Source: Rhynchopus sp. YZ270_cl-10
Taxonomy: Eukaryota
Reading direction: 5' to 3'
NCBI GenBank assembly: GCA_964035575.1
Contig: OZ037837.1
Location: 1,922,001-1,986,000 of the forward strand
Length of the DNA: 64,000 nucleotides
Under the pieces are notes generated by a model that had not been told where the DNA came from, searched no databases, and saw nothing but the letters and a program-made list of their open reading frames with translations. This document shows positions 1 through 11,180 of this stretch, piece by piece. A program made the position numbers and the translations under genes. Each line of letters begins with the position of its first letter. Within the stretch, counting starts at the first letter, position 1.

Positions 1-1
1 G

Positions 2-3000
2 CTGCAAGCGTGTAACGTGCGTACACCGTCACAGTTCCCGACCCCGGCCTGCACACTGCGGACTGTGGTGGAGTTCACAACCCTGAGTCAGTACAACCAG
101 TCGCGGGCGACGTACTTCGGGGGTGGGGTTGTGATTGAGGCGAAGGTGATGTTCACAGAGTACACAGACGGGGCGGAGGTGTTCAGCTTCAGCAACATCG
201 GGAATTCAGATGTGTCGCTGGTGATGGGGGCGACAGGGATCCTAACGTTGCATTTTACGTTCATGGTCGACACGTACTCCTATTCGCTGACGTTCTCAAA
301 ACCATTCGGGCTGTATGTGGAGCGCAGTGTGTACATCTCCTTTGTCCCTCTTTCTAAGAGGGTTTACGTTCTCATCGATGGCGTGTTTGAAGAAGAGGAA
401 AGCTGTTACAAGGTGTCTGGACTTGAGTTCACCACACGTTGGGTCAACCACGTTGGACTAGCTCGTACAGGGATACCTCAAATGAAAGGAACTGTTCGGG
501 ACTTCCGTCTGCGCGCCTGCCAATCAGCGCCGCCACCAACACAACGGTTCCCTGAGCCTCCCTGCGCTCTGCAGACAGTGGTGGAATTCCAGGACGAGAG
601 TGATTTCAACGAGTCGCAGGCGACGTACTTCGGCGGTGAGTATGCGGTCGAGATGAAGGTGATGCTCAAAAGTTACACAGACTATGCAACAGTGTTTGCC
701 TTCAGCAACAATTATAAACCCATGACACAAGCAGACGGCACCAGCATCGACATGTTTGGGATAGCACAGTTCAAAGAGGGTAAGTTGTATTTGTACATCG
801 GCCATTCTAGTCTCGGCTTTCCTATGCCTATTGAGTTGAATGTGGAATACACTCTCTACATTGCGGCAGTTAAAGAGACGATCCAGAAGTGGAACTTTTT
901 CACCCGCACCTACTTATATCTCAACGGCGTTTTAGTTTACGGCGCCGCAGGGTCGGGGGGGGCACCCCCTCCTTTGATGGTGCGATGGAGCAGCAAGGTG
1001 GGGGAACGGTGGGGGTCGGTGCGGCAAATGAACGGGACTCTGAGGGACTTCAAGCTGCGTGCGTGCAATGTGCTGCCAGCACCAACACAGTTGCCCGAGC
1101 CAAACTGCACCCTGCAGACCGCGTTAGCATTCCAAGACCCTGCTGAGTACAACCCCATACACCCCACCTACTTCGGGGGTGGGCTTGTCGTAGACCTAAA
1201 ACTGACGCTCCGAGACTACAAAGAGTTTACGTATATTTTCCTCCTCAGCCCAGACCCTGATCCCACGACAAATGACTTATACTTTCTCAATAAAGTTCTT
1301 CGACTCCATCTGGATGAAACGCTCTATTTGGGTCAGGAGGGTCGCGAAGGTGGAATGGACCTGAACGCTGAGATCAACTCGTGGCCACAGATGGAGCTCA
1401 ACGTCGAGTACAAGCTGCACATAGCCATGATTCCGGGTGACCGTGAAGGATATGGTCAATGTCTTATTTTCATTGATGGTGTGCTCGCCACGTCGGTGTA
1501 CAAAATATGCCCCATCCTGACGTTGAAGAAACGGGTGAAGAACGTTTTCGGGACGACGCCGTTCGAGTCGGCGATGCACCCTGACAGATACGGCCTGAAT
1601 GGGACTATGAGGGATTTCAACCTGCGTGCATGTTCCGCTGTGCAGACGCCAACGAGCTTCCCTGAACCAAACTGTACCCTCCACACAGTCGTGGAGTTGA
1701 ATGCAGAGTTAAATGAGGACCTAAAAGCTCTGTACTTTGGGGGCGGGATTGTGGTGGAGGCGAATGTGACCATCACAGAGTACACAGACGGGGCGCCGCT
1801 CTTTAGGTTCAGCAACACACCTGATGCAGATGCTGTGTCGCTGACGCAGAGTGGAACCTCGGGGATGGTGGTCCTCACAGTGAGTGGCAGTGGCACCCTC
1901 TCCGTTGGCCAGTTGCTGACGGAGCCCATCGGAGTGAATGTGGAGCACAGTCTGTACTTCTCAATATTGCCCACCGTTAACAGCAGCACCGGCACATGCT
2001 TTTTGTACATCGACGGTGTGCTGAAGTTGAAGACTATTTGCCCTGTCCCGGAACTGCTGCCACGTTGGGACAACAGTGTTGGCAAGGCAGGTGCTCCTGC
2101 TCCTGAAGTGAAAGGGGTGTTTGGTTACTTCAAGTTGAGTGCCTGCAGCGTGCTGCCACCAACGCAGCTCCCATCGCCGAACTGCGCACTGCAGACTGTG
2201 GTTGAGTTTAAGGACGAGAGTGAGTACAACCAGTCGCAGCCGCTGTACTTCGGGGGTGGGGTGGTGATGGAGGCGAAGGTGACAGTAACGGAGTACACAG
2301 ACAACGCAACTGTTGTGGTCTTCGGCGACACAGAAAAGTCGTTGACGTTAGCCTTTGTGGGAACCTCTGGGGTCTTGGCCCTGAACGGGAAAGCTCTGTC
2401 TCAACCGTTTGGGTTGAACGTGGAGCGCAGTGTGTATCTCTCCAGGGTGCCGACAAGTCTGGGCAACTCCGCTGCTTGCTTCGTGTTCATTGATGGGATA
2501 CTAGAGGTGAAACTGTGGTGCGACAGTCCTGTGCTGCTGAAGAGAGGGAATCTTGTCGGCAAGTCTGTCTCGGGGTACCAAGAGTTGCATGGCACTGTGC
2601 GAGACTTTAGCTTGAAAGCCTGCGACGTCCTCCCGATATCTGACCTGACGCCAGCTCCACGAACTGTGTCACCGACAGTCGTTCCACCAACATTCACACC
2701 AACGTCCACACCACCAACATTTATGCCAACTCCCGCACCACCAACATTTATGCCAACTCCCGCACCACCAATTGATTGTAGCAATTTTATCTATGAAGAC
2801 GTCTGCCGTCACTATAAGTATGCCGGCTGCTCGTGGGAGTGGAGAGGGAGTCGGTGGACGTGCGGTGTCGTAGGTCCAACTCCCGTACCACCAGTCGCTT
2901 GTCAAACTTTTCTCTCTCTCTCTACCTGTAAGCAACGCAGTGACTGCGCGTGGAAGTTTAGTTGGACAATAGGGCCTAGGTATGTGTGTGGCGACAGAAT

Positions 3001-3985
3001 TACGGCAGGACCGAAGCCGCCGACAAAAGTGCCTGCTACGTTTGCGCCATTCACACCCTGGACATCCTCACCCCCGTCTGCATCACCAATCACTGTAACT
3101 CCGCCAGCATCTTCAACACCACAAACTATTGCTCCGCCAGTGTCTTCGCCATTTCCTACGTCATTACCACAAACGGGTGCACTACGGACACCCTCACCCT
3201 CACACTCACTGAGCACTCTATCTCCGCCAGTGTCTTCACCAATTCCGACGGCATCACAAACACCTACGCCAGCGTCTGCATCACTAACGACGTTAACTCC
3301 ACCAGTGTCTTCACCAACACCACAAACTGTTGCTCCGCCAGTGTCTTCGCCATTTCCGACGGCGTCACCACAAACGAGTGCACCATCGTCTGCATCACCA
3401 AACACTGTCACTCCACCAGCATCTTCACCAACACCACAAACTGTTGCTCCGACAGTGTCTTCGCCATTTCCGACGGCAGCACCACAAACGAGTGCACCAC
3501 GGACACCCTCACCCTCACACTCACTGAGCACTCTAACCCCGCCAGTGTCGTCGCCAACACCGACAGCAGCGCAAACAAGGACACCAAAAGAAAAGCCAGC
3601 CAGCGAAGCATCTTCTACGCTGTCTCCGCGCACTCCAGCACCGTCACCGTTTCTTTCGACGACTTCGCCACTGGATGCTTCTCCCGTGACCTCTGCAGCA
3701 CCGGACACAGCAGTGCCTCAGAGCGGAAACACTTCGACTGATTCGAGCGAAGCCGAAGACGAGGACCCCGACACACACACAGCGCCCTCCACCTCCACCT
3801 CGACCTCGTTGGTGTGGGTGTGGGCGGTATTGGGTGTGGTTGCAGTGTTGTTGGGTGCCATAGCTCTGTTTGCGTGTTGGAAACGACGGACGCCGTCTGA
3901 GTGCAAAGACGATACCACCCACGCCTTCATGGACACAGAGCTAGGAGAAGAGATCCAAATGGGGCAACTCGATCTGCTCGAGTAA
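2..3985 (+). CDS. Type I membrane surface protein with five tandem ~175-aa LamG/concanavalin-like beta-sandwich repeats, two small Cys-rich modules, a Pro/Ser/Thr stalk and a C-terminal TM; 5'-truncated by the window edge
   Basis: The frame is open from base 2 (LQACNVRTPSQFP...). The unit PxCxLxTVVEF...YFGGGxVxE.KV...EYTD.A...FIDG...GTxRDFxLxAC repeats. P/S/T repeats lie at ~3050-3700, then TM LVWVWAVLGVVAVLLGAIALFACW followed by KRR. The LamG fold is inferred. Confidence 0.85.
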   Translation: MQACNVRTPSQFPTPACTLRTVVEFTTLSQYNQSRATYFGGGVVIEAKVMFTEYTDGAEVFSFSNIGNSDVSLVMGATGILTLHFTFMVDTYSYSLTFSKPFGLYVERSVYISFVPLSKRVYVLIDGVFEEEESCYKVSGLEFTTRWVNHVGLARTGIPQMKGTVRDFRLRACQSAPPPTQRFPEPPCALQTVVEFQDESDFNESQATYFGGEYAVEMKVMLKSYTDYATVFAFSNNYKPMTQADGTSIDMFGIAQFKEGKLYLYIGHSSLGFPMPIELNVEYTLYIAAVKETIQKWNFFTRTYLYLNGVLVYGAAGSGGAPPPLMVRWSSKVGERWGSVRQMNGTLRDFKLRACNVLPAPTQLPEPNCTLQTALAFQDPAEYNPIHPTYFGGGLVVDLKLTLRDYKEFTYIFLLSPDPDPTTNDLYFLNKVLRLHLDETLYLGQEGREGGMDLNAEINSWPQMELNVEYKLHIAMIPGDREGYGQCLIFIDGVLATSVYKICPILTLKKRVKNVFGTTPFESAMHPDRYGLNGTMRDFNLRACSAVQTPTSFPEPNCTLHTVVELNAELNEDLKALYFGGGIVVEANVTITEYTDGAPLFRFSNTPDADAVSLTQSGTSGMVVLTVSGSGTLSVGQLLTEPIGVNVEHSLYFSILPTVNSSTGTCFLYIDGVLKLKTICPVPELLPRWDNSVGKAGAPAPEVKGVFGYFKLSACSVLPPTQLPSPNCALQTVVEFKDESEYNQSQPLYFGGGVVMEAKVTVTEYTDNATVVVFGDTEKSLTLAFVGTSGVLALNGKALSQPFGLNVERSVYLSRVPTSLGNSAACFVFIDGILEVKLWCDSPVLLKRGNLVGKSVSGYQELHGTVRDFSLKACDVLPISDLTPAPRTVSPTVVPPTFTPTSTPPTFMPTPAPPTFMPTPAPPIDCSNFIYEDVCRHYKYAGCSWEWRGSRWTCGVVGPTPVPPVACQTFLSLSTCKQRSDCAWKFSWTIGPRYVCGDRITAGPKPPTKVPATFAPFTPWTSSPPSASPITVTPPASSTPQTIAPPVSSPFPTSLPQTGALRTPSPSHSLSTLSPPVSSPIPTASQTPTPASASLTTLTPPVSSPTPQTVAPPVSSPFPTASPQTSAPSSASPNTVTPPASSPTPQTVAPTVSSPFPTAAPQTSAPRTPSPSHSLSTLTPPVSSPTPTAAQTRTPKEKPASEASSTLSPRTPAPSPFLSTTSPLDASPVTSAAPDTAVPQSGNTSTDSSEAEDEDPDTHTAPSTSTSTSLVWVWAVLGVVAVLLGAIALFACWKRRTPSECKDDTTHAFMDTELGEEIQMGQLDLLE

Positions 3986-4248
3986 AACGACAATCTTCAT
4001 CGTAGCAACGGGTGAAAACATCCGAACGTGTACAATGTATGTATGTCTGCCCCGCCCTATGTCAACTGTGAAGCAGATCTGCGCACGAGCATCATTTTTT
4101 GACGTTTTTTTTTTTCAAACGTGACCAAACAACAAATGAACAGTACTGTTCACTTTCTCTTTGTTTTCCTCTCCACACAAACACACACCTCACATCAGGG
4201 CAAAATCATCAGTCAAGATAGACGAGTTGAGGTCATGACAGGCGATTA

Positions 4249-4967
4249 CAGTGCGGCGCCATATTACGGTGGCGCAATATTACGGGTGCGCGATATTACG
4301 GGGCGCATAATTATGGGTAAAAAATGGATTTACCCATAATTATGCGCGCCCGTAATGAAACTTTTTTTTAATTTTTTTTTGAGAAAAATTGTTGGAATGG
4401 TAGTTGCCACCTGTGCAAGCTCCACTGTGCGTCGTAAAAACCTCGAAAATATTGCGCGTCGTGGCGAACATTTCAACAATTGTGACATAAAAAGCAGGAG
4501 GCAACACGATTGGGTGAAGTCATCAATGTTACATCGACGAGGAAAGCCCCCAGTTGCACTTCCTATGGCAGTGTGGCAGATCTCTTGCCCCAGCACCGTG
4601 AATCCTTCGTGTGCCATCTGCCTCCACCATCAGGACGTCTGCTGAGAAGGAAGAGAAGGCGAATCGGAAGCTTCTGCTGAGGGAGGAAATTGCCAGTTTG
4701 CTGTCCTTGGAGGATGGGCAGCCACGAAGAGGCGCCGGTGTAGGAGTTGCGATGGCAGAGGAGACAAGGTGGCAGAGTGTCAGGATGATGACCTGTACGC
4801 CTGGGAGGAGAGTGACATGTGTGAGGTCATCCACAAAGGATTGTGAAGAAATTTTTTATGAAAAAAAAAAGTTTTATTACGGGTGCGCAATATTACGGGG
4901 CGCATAATTATGGGTAAATATTGGATTTACCCATAATTATGCGCCCCCGTAATATGGCGCCGCACTG
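4249..4967. mobile_element. Non-autonomous TIR element (Tc1/mariner/pogo-type MITE), 719 bp
   Basis: TIR CAGTGCGGCGCCATATTACGG / CCGTAATATGGCGCCGCACTG, with TA at 4247-4248 and 4968-4969. Subterminal ATATTACGGG repeats and ATAATTATGGGTAAA..TTTACCCATAATTAT hairpins occur at both ends. Confidence 0.9.
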
Positions 4968-6538
4968 TATTGAAGTTTTCTCAAAAAAAAAACAAAAAAA
5001 AAAAACAAAAAACGGCACGTTTTGAATGCAAAAGTTTTACTCTACTTGAAAGTGAGTAAGTTATAAGTGTAAGGAACAGTGAAACATGTAAATTTTTTCC
5101 AAAAAATTTGCCCGAGCACAATACATCAGGCAAACCCCCCCTCCCGCTATTTCGCAGCACCTTCCGTGGCATTTGTGGTATATTCACGACCACTCTCTGT
5201 CACCATTTTTCACATATAATATTACATGCACATGGAATGTAAGTTACTTCACTGTGTACAGATATTGCATGCCTCCCTCCCCCTCCCTCCCCTCCCCCCT
5301 TCCCCCTCCCTCCTGCGTGGAGGTGCATAGTTTCCTGTTTCACTTTTCCTATTGTTTTTGAGCCTCGCATCTGCCACAAAAAAATAACTTCTCACCCGAT
5401 GGGGGGAAAACCATAGTTCGATGTGACTATCATACGGCCCCCCTGTAAATTGGAACTGCGTTGTGCAGCTGATGTTGCACGACAACGTCTCTCTATATTT
5501 ATGCGACCTAATGTGCTGAGCGCTCCAGGCTCAGTGCATCTTTTTCAAAAAAAAAAAAAAATCAAAAAAAAAGATATGGGCTCTGCCACACTCGTAGAAT
5601 CTGTTGCTGTACCCATCCGCGTGTTTATGTCCCTCGCCCTTAAACAAGAGGTGCGAAGGTAAGTTTCAAGACTGTCGGGTGAAAAAGTGATACGGTAGCC
5701 TGGTAGGGATTGGGGTTGGGTGGGACATTTTTTGTTTAGACACAGACCCTCTCGCGCGTACTGCTTCACTGCAAACAAAAGAGGCAAATAACAGCCTCAA
5801 AGATGAAAGGCGAGGGAAACTTTTTCAGTCGAAAATAGTCTTTTTGTGTATGAACAATGGATTCTCCCCTACCGCTTTCTACTGAGGCGTTGTGCAAAAG
5901 ATCTGACTCAAGCATAATAGAGTGACCCACTCACACTCGCTGCTTTTGGGACAGCCCCAGGTACGAGTCGGTCTTTAACGAAAATGGAGAAAAATATATC
6001 AGTCGTTTCTTTTGTTCAGTTCATTCGTTCCGTTTTGTTTAGACCATTTTTACTGTTTTTACCATTTTTGACAAAATCAGAGAGCCTCCATTCTCTCTTT
6101 TTTGAGTGTTTGTTTTTCGTTTCGGTACAACGATTCAGCGTAACGGACGAATGTTAGTTTAGCCAAGCACTTTGCTTTTCACGTGTTTGAGTTGTATAAA
6201 AGACAACTACAGCTACGACAGATCATTGCTTTTTCATTGGCTTCTAGTTTTAAAATTGTTATTTTTTTGAATCCGTGGTTGCCCCAGCACTCTCTGCTAT
6301 TCTGCAGGTATGCTAACACGCTTCAAAAAGCCCAAAAATCCTGTTCAAAAATATCATAAAAATCACAAATGCGTAAAACCATCCTCCTTTGTCCCTTCAA
6401 CACACATGTTCTGTCTTTGAACACTATGTGTCACTTTCCCCACTCTCCCGCATCCTCTTGCCCACAGTACCCAGTCCCCACAAGAACACCACACCACAAC
6501 AGGAACCCTACACGTGACGGGAGCGGCTGTGTGGTGCG

Positions 6539-8290
6539 ATGCAATGTCTCAATGCAGTGCTGTCGATGGACGGGACACTCAGCAGCAAGGCCAGAGAGAG
6601 GCGCACCAGGTTTTTTATCTTTGGGAGTGTCTGTTTCTTTGCTCTTTTGGTGAACTTGGCAAGCTCGTTTTCGATGCAGGTGAAGATCCCTATCTACCTG
6701 GCCGGGACAGTGTTCGCCATTCTTGGAGTTAGCATTGCTGTTTGTGCAGTGCTGTGCAGGTTTCGGCTGAACACACATCTGGTGGTAGGTGCACTGTACT
6801 TGGTATCGGCTGGATTTCTGCTCTTTGACTTCGGAGCTCGAGCACTAGAGATAACACAATGGCCGTTGCTTGTGCTCGTAATCGACATGTTGCTTGTGAT
6901 GCAGGTGCCTGCACGGTACAGCTTGGGACTCGTCTGTTTCATAGTCATGTGGCTTCTCCTGCTTGGTGTTGAGGAGAGCTTCAGGTTTGGTCTGTTTGAT
7001 ATACCAGGAATGCCAGCACAGGAGGGCGAGCACGGGCGACAGCATTATCATGACATGCGTTACCACTGTGCCACTCTTCCGTGTCCAGTGAAGTTTCCAT
7101 CCCCTGGCCTGTTGGGATCGCTGACGGTCTTTGTCATTGACTTCATCGTGACCCGAGGCTTCGCACACGAAGTGCTGAAGGAGCAGGCATCAATGGAGCG
7201 GACGATCAACACTGTGCAGGAGATTGCCTCACTCCTGGCTTCCTACGACGTGGAGAAGGTGGCAGAGCTGCTGGAGGCACACAGAGACGAGCTGCCTGAG
7301 GGGATGAGTGCGGCACTGCGTGCGTTGGAGAAGAACCTGCGGTCGTACAAAGCATACCTGCCTCAGACGTGTCTGCTTGTGGGTGAAGAAGTGGTTGATG
7401 AAGGTAGTGACGTTGCTTGCACTGAACCGTCCATTTCTTCTCAAGGCACGTCGGAAAGTGAACGTTCTGCAAAAGTGCGTTACGTTCCTCTTGGGCTGTC
7501 GTCTGTGAAGGCCACGCTGCTGACGGTGAACATCAAAGACACGTTGCGTTTCTTGGATGAGGACTGTGCACACTTCTCCTCCTTCTTCACAACTCTTCTT
7601 TTGAAGACGTTGAAAGCAACAGAAACCCTGCATGGGATGGTGGACGTGTTCGTCGGTGACAAGGTGCACTGCTCCTTCAACACGTCAAAGAGATGTGCGA
7701 ACCACGCCACCTCAGCACTGCGCACTGCTTCGATGCTGCTGCGGGGTTCCACATCGCAGGTGAACATCGGTGTTGCATCTGGGAAGGTGCTGCGTGGTGA
7801 GATGGGATGTGACGTGATGCGCCGCTTCAGCATGGTGGGCACACTTGTGCGTGACGTGCATGGGATGGAACGTGCAGGACGTATCCTTGGCTGCGACGTG
7901 CTCTGCAACCGTATGTGCTTCAGCGATGCCGAGTGTGAACACGTGCTGCGCTTGCTTCCGTGCAAGGTGGACGTGTCTGCGACCTGTGCGGAACATGAAG
8001 TGGTGGCTGAGCTTCTTCTGCACGACACACCTTCGGACAGTCCTGCAGAGGAATGGATGTACACCATCGGGAGGAACAGTGAGTGGGAGCACTACAACAC
8101 AGCAGTGCGGAAGTACCTGAGAGGCGACGTGTCTGCTGCAGCAGTTGAAGAGGCTGCACAGGGTTGTCCTTGTTCACGGAGCCCGTTGAGCGTGCATCCC
8201 TCCACAGTGAAGGGTGGGCTTCTGAGCGTGGCCTTGGCACGACCGCTGCAGGACAATGAACGGGGTGATGGAGTTGATAACGTCTGCTAG
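6539..8290 (+). CDS. Multi-TM class III nucleotidyl cyclase-like protein (copy 1)
   Basis: 583-aa ORF with ~6 N-terminal hydrophobic helices, then NLRSYKAYLP and a cyclase-like core (DVFVGDKV, IGVASGKVLRGEMG), plus an EEWMY motif. Confidence 0.85.
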   Translation: MQCLNAVLSMDGTLSSKARERRTRFFIFGSVCFFALLVNLASSFSMQVKIPIYLAGTVFAILGVSIAVCAVLCRFRLNTHLVVGALYLVSAGFLLFDFGARALEITQWPLLVLVIDMLLVMQVPARYSLGLVCFIVMWLLLLGVEESFRFGLFDIPGMPAQEGEHGRQHYHDMRYHCATLPCPVKFPSPGLLGSLTVFVIDFIVTRGFAHEVLKEQASMERTINTVQEIASLLASYDVEKVAELLEAHRDELPEGMSAALRALEKNLRSYKAYLPQTCLLVGEEVVDEGSDVACTEPSISSQGTSESERSAKVRYVPLGLSSVKATLLTVNIKDTLRFLDEDCAHFSSFFTTLLLKTLKATETLHGMVDVFVGDKVHCSFNTSKRCANHATSALRTASMLLRGSTSQVNIGVASGKVLRGEMGCDVMRRFSMVGTLVRDVHGMERAGRILGCDVLCNRMCFSDAECEHVLRLLPCKVDVSATCAEHEVVAELLLHDTPSDSPAEEWMYTIGRNSEWEHYNTAVRKYLRGDVSAAAVEEAAQGCPCSRSPLSVHPSTVKGGLLSVALARPLQDNERGDGVDNVC

Positions 8291-8867
8291 TTGCTGCAGG
8301 ATCATGCAGGGAATACGGTCACGAGAGGATGCTGTTCTTGAGGCTGTTGTTGTGTGGCTCACGCTTGTTGAGCCTGTGCGGTTGCCACTTGTTGACAACA
8401 GTGTTACACAGAAGTATTGTGTGAAACGAGCTAGCACACAAGCAGAATAGAAATAGTACAGGACTCCTGCGACGCACATGTGTGAGCAATGTCATAGAGC
8501 CATCTACTGTTTTTTTTTTTGTATCGTTTCCTTCGTTTTCCAACGCAAGATATTATGCACTACACTTGACAAACACACCCGCACCGTTAGTGCGTGGTGC
8601 GCAACCGTTTAACAGTTTAATCTCCCTGTAACTCATTTTTCTGTTCTACTGTAACCCCTCGTCATAGAGTATGTCCGTTGTAATGTGCTGTTGCCTGCAC
8701 ATGTCTTCGATATGTCACTCTGTGCACTTCGTCCAATCGTTGTCCTACGTCTCTGCTATCGTGTCCCTATACAAGCTGCCCACGGTGGCTGCTCTCTGCG
8801 TCAACGTGTTTAGAACACCACACCACAACAGGAACCCTACACGTGACGGGAGCGGCTGTGTGGTGGG

Positions 8868-10645
8868 ATGCAATGTCTCAATGCAGTGCTGTCGATGGAC
8901 GGGACACTAAGCAGCAAGGCCAGAGAGAGGCGCACCAGGTTTCTTATCTTCGGCAGTGGCGTGCTTTTGTCACGTCCGTGAACTTGGCAATCTCAACTTC
9001 TCTTCAGTTGAAGGCCCCTATCTTTCTGGCCGGGACTGTTTTCTGCTTTATTGGATTCAGCCTTGCTCTTTGTGCAGTGCTGTGCAGGTTTCGGCTGAAC
9101 ACACATCTGGTGGTAGGTGCACTGTACTTGGTATCGGCTGGCTTTCTGCTCTTTGACTTCGGAGCTCGAGCACTGTCGGTAGTACACTGGCCGTTGCTTG
9201 TGCTCGTAATCGACATCTTGCTTGTGATGCAGGTGCCTGCACGGTACAGCTCAGGACTCGTCTGTTTCATAGTTCTGTGGCTTCTCCTGCTTGGTGTTGA
9301 GGAGAGCTTCAGGTTTGGTCTGTTTGATATACCAGGAATGCCAGCACAGGAGGGCGAGCACGGGCGACAGTATCATCATCATGAGGCTTACGACTGTTCC
9401 ACTCTGCCGTGCCCAAGTGTGTTTCCCTCTACACGCCTTCTTTCATCTCTGACGGTCTTTATCTTTGACTTCATCATCACTCGAGGCTTCGCACACGAAG
9501 TGCTGAAGGAGCAGGCATCAATGGAGCGGACGATCAACACTGTGCAGGAGATTGCCTCACTCCTGGCTTCCTACGACGTGGAGAAGGTGGCAGAGCTGCT
9601 GGAGGCACACAGAGACGAGCTGCCTGAGGGGATGAGTGCGGCACTGCGGTTGGAGAAGAACCTGCGGTCATACAAAGCGTACCTGCCTCAGACGTGTCTG
9701 CTTGTGGGTGAAGAAGTGGTTGATGAAGGCAGCGAAGTGGAGTCTGACAGTGGACGCATCACAGATACGCTTTCTTCAAGTTACACTTCTGAAAGTGAAC
9801 ATTCTGCAAAAATGCGTTACGTTCCTCTTGGGCTGTCGTCTGTGAAGGCCACGCTGCTGACGGTGAACATCAAAGACACGTTGCGTTTCTTGGATGAGGA
9901 CTGTGCACACTTCTCCTCCTTCTTCACAACTCTTCTTCTGAAGACGTTGAAAGCAACAGAGTCATTCCGTGGGATGGTGGACGTGTTCGTTGGTGACAAG
10001 GTGCACTGCTCCTTCAACACGTCAAGGCAGTGTGCGAACCACGCCACCTCAGCACTGCACACAGCAACAGTATTGATGAAGGGATTGATGCCGTCGCAGG
10101 TGAACATCGGTGTTGCATCTGGGAAGGTGCTGCGTGGTGAGATGGGATGTGACGTGATGCGCCGCTTCAGCATGGTGGGCACACTTGTGCGTGACGTGCA
10201 TGGGATGGAACGTGCAGGACGTATCCTTGGCTGCGACGTGCTCTGCAACCGTCTGTGCTTCAGCGATGCTGAGTGTGAACACGTGCTGCGTTTGCTTCCG
10301 TGCAAGGTGGACGTGTCTGCGACCTGTGCGGAACATGAAGTGGTGGCTGAGCTTCTTCTGCACGACACACCTTCGGACAGTCCTGCAGAGGAATGGATGT
10401 ACACCATCGGGAGGAACAGTGAGTGGGAGCACTACAACACAGCAGTGCGGAAGTACCTGAGAGGCGACGTGTCTGCTGCAGCAGTTGAAGAGGCTGCACA
10501 GGGTTGTCCTTGTTCACGGAGCCCGTTGAGCGTGCATCCCTCCACAGTGAAGGGTGGGCTTCTGAGCGTGGCCTTGGCACGACCGCTGCAGGACAATGAA
10601 CGGGGTGATGGAGTTGATGATGTTTGCTATCTAAATGATTCGTGA
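8868..10645 (+). CDS. Multi-TM class III cyclase-like protein (copy 2), with a 1-nt frameshift near 8960 (pseudogene or assembly error)
   Basis: The ATG at 8868 matches the start of copies 1 and 3 (MQCLNAVLSMDG) but is out of frame with the main ORF. The segment before GTGAAC is 20 nt versus 21 nt in copy 1. There is also a 3-nt deletion (AALRLEK versus AALRALEK). Confidence 0.75.
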
Positions 10646-11180
10646 CTATCAGGAGATGCTGAAGATCATCTTACACTGGAACATTTTTGTGGACTTTCCA
10701 GTATGCTTTTCGTTTTATGATAACCATACCGTCTCACATGATGAACGGATCTTTGATATCCCACATTCGTTTCTCCTTTGCGTACGTGTTGCAGTCATAC
10801 ACTGTGGAAGGTCTTCTTTCAGCTAATCACTGTGTCCATTCCTGGTCGTAACGGGATACTTCATTTCATGTGATCAATCACGAGAGTCGTGTCATCTTGT
10901 AACACAGTTATCGCACCCATGCTTTTATGGGCGAATGCTTTTGTATACTAGGTTGCGTCATTCTTGCCGTGTTCGATGTGACCAGGCATGCGTACTGGTG
11001 CATCTCACAGCTGTTCTTCATGATGCACAGTACAGGGCACTCCGCTTCCGCGGAATGCCCTGTAGTGCTCTGACACAATAGTACACGAAGCACCACTACT
11101 GTACACGTTGCAACTGTGCCTTCTAATACACTATTCCACAACAGGAACCCTACACGTGACGGGAGCGGCTGTGTGGTGGG

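Noticed and set aside
2902..3741. Long antisense and alternative-frame ORFs
   Set aside because: Shadows of the P/S/T repeat stalk.
4390..4845. Transposase remnant inside the 4249-4967 MITE
   Set aside because: No recognisable DDE, HTH or zinc-finger motif in the frames I could read.
8940..8980. Programmed frameshifting or RNA editing to explain the frameshifts
   Set aside because: No shared slippery motif, and lesion sizes vary. Mutation or assembly error is simpler.
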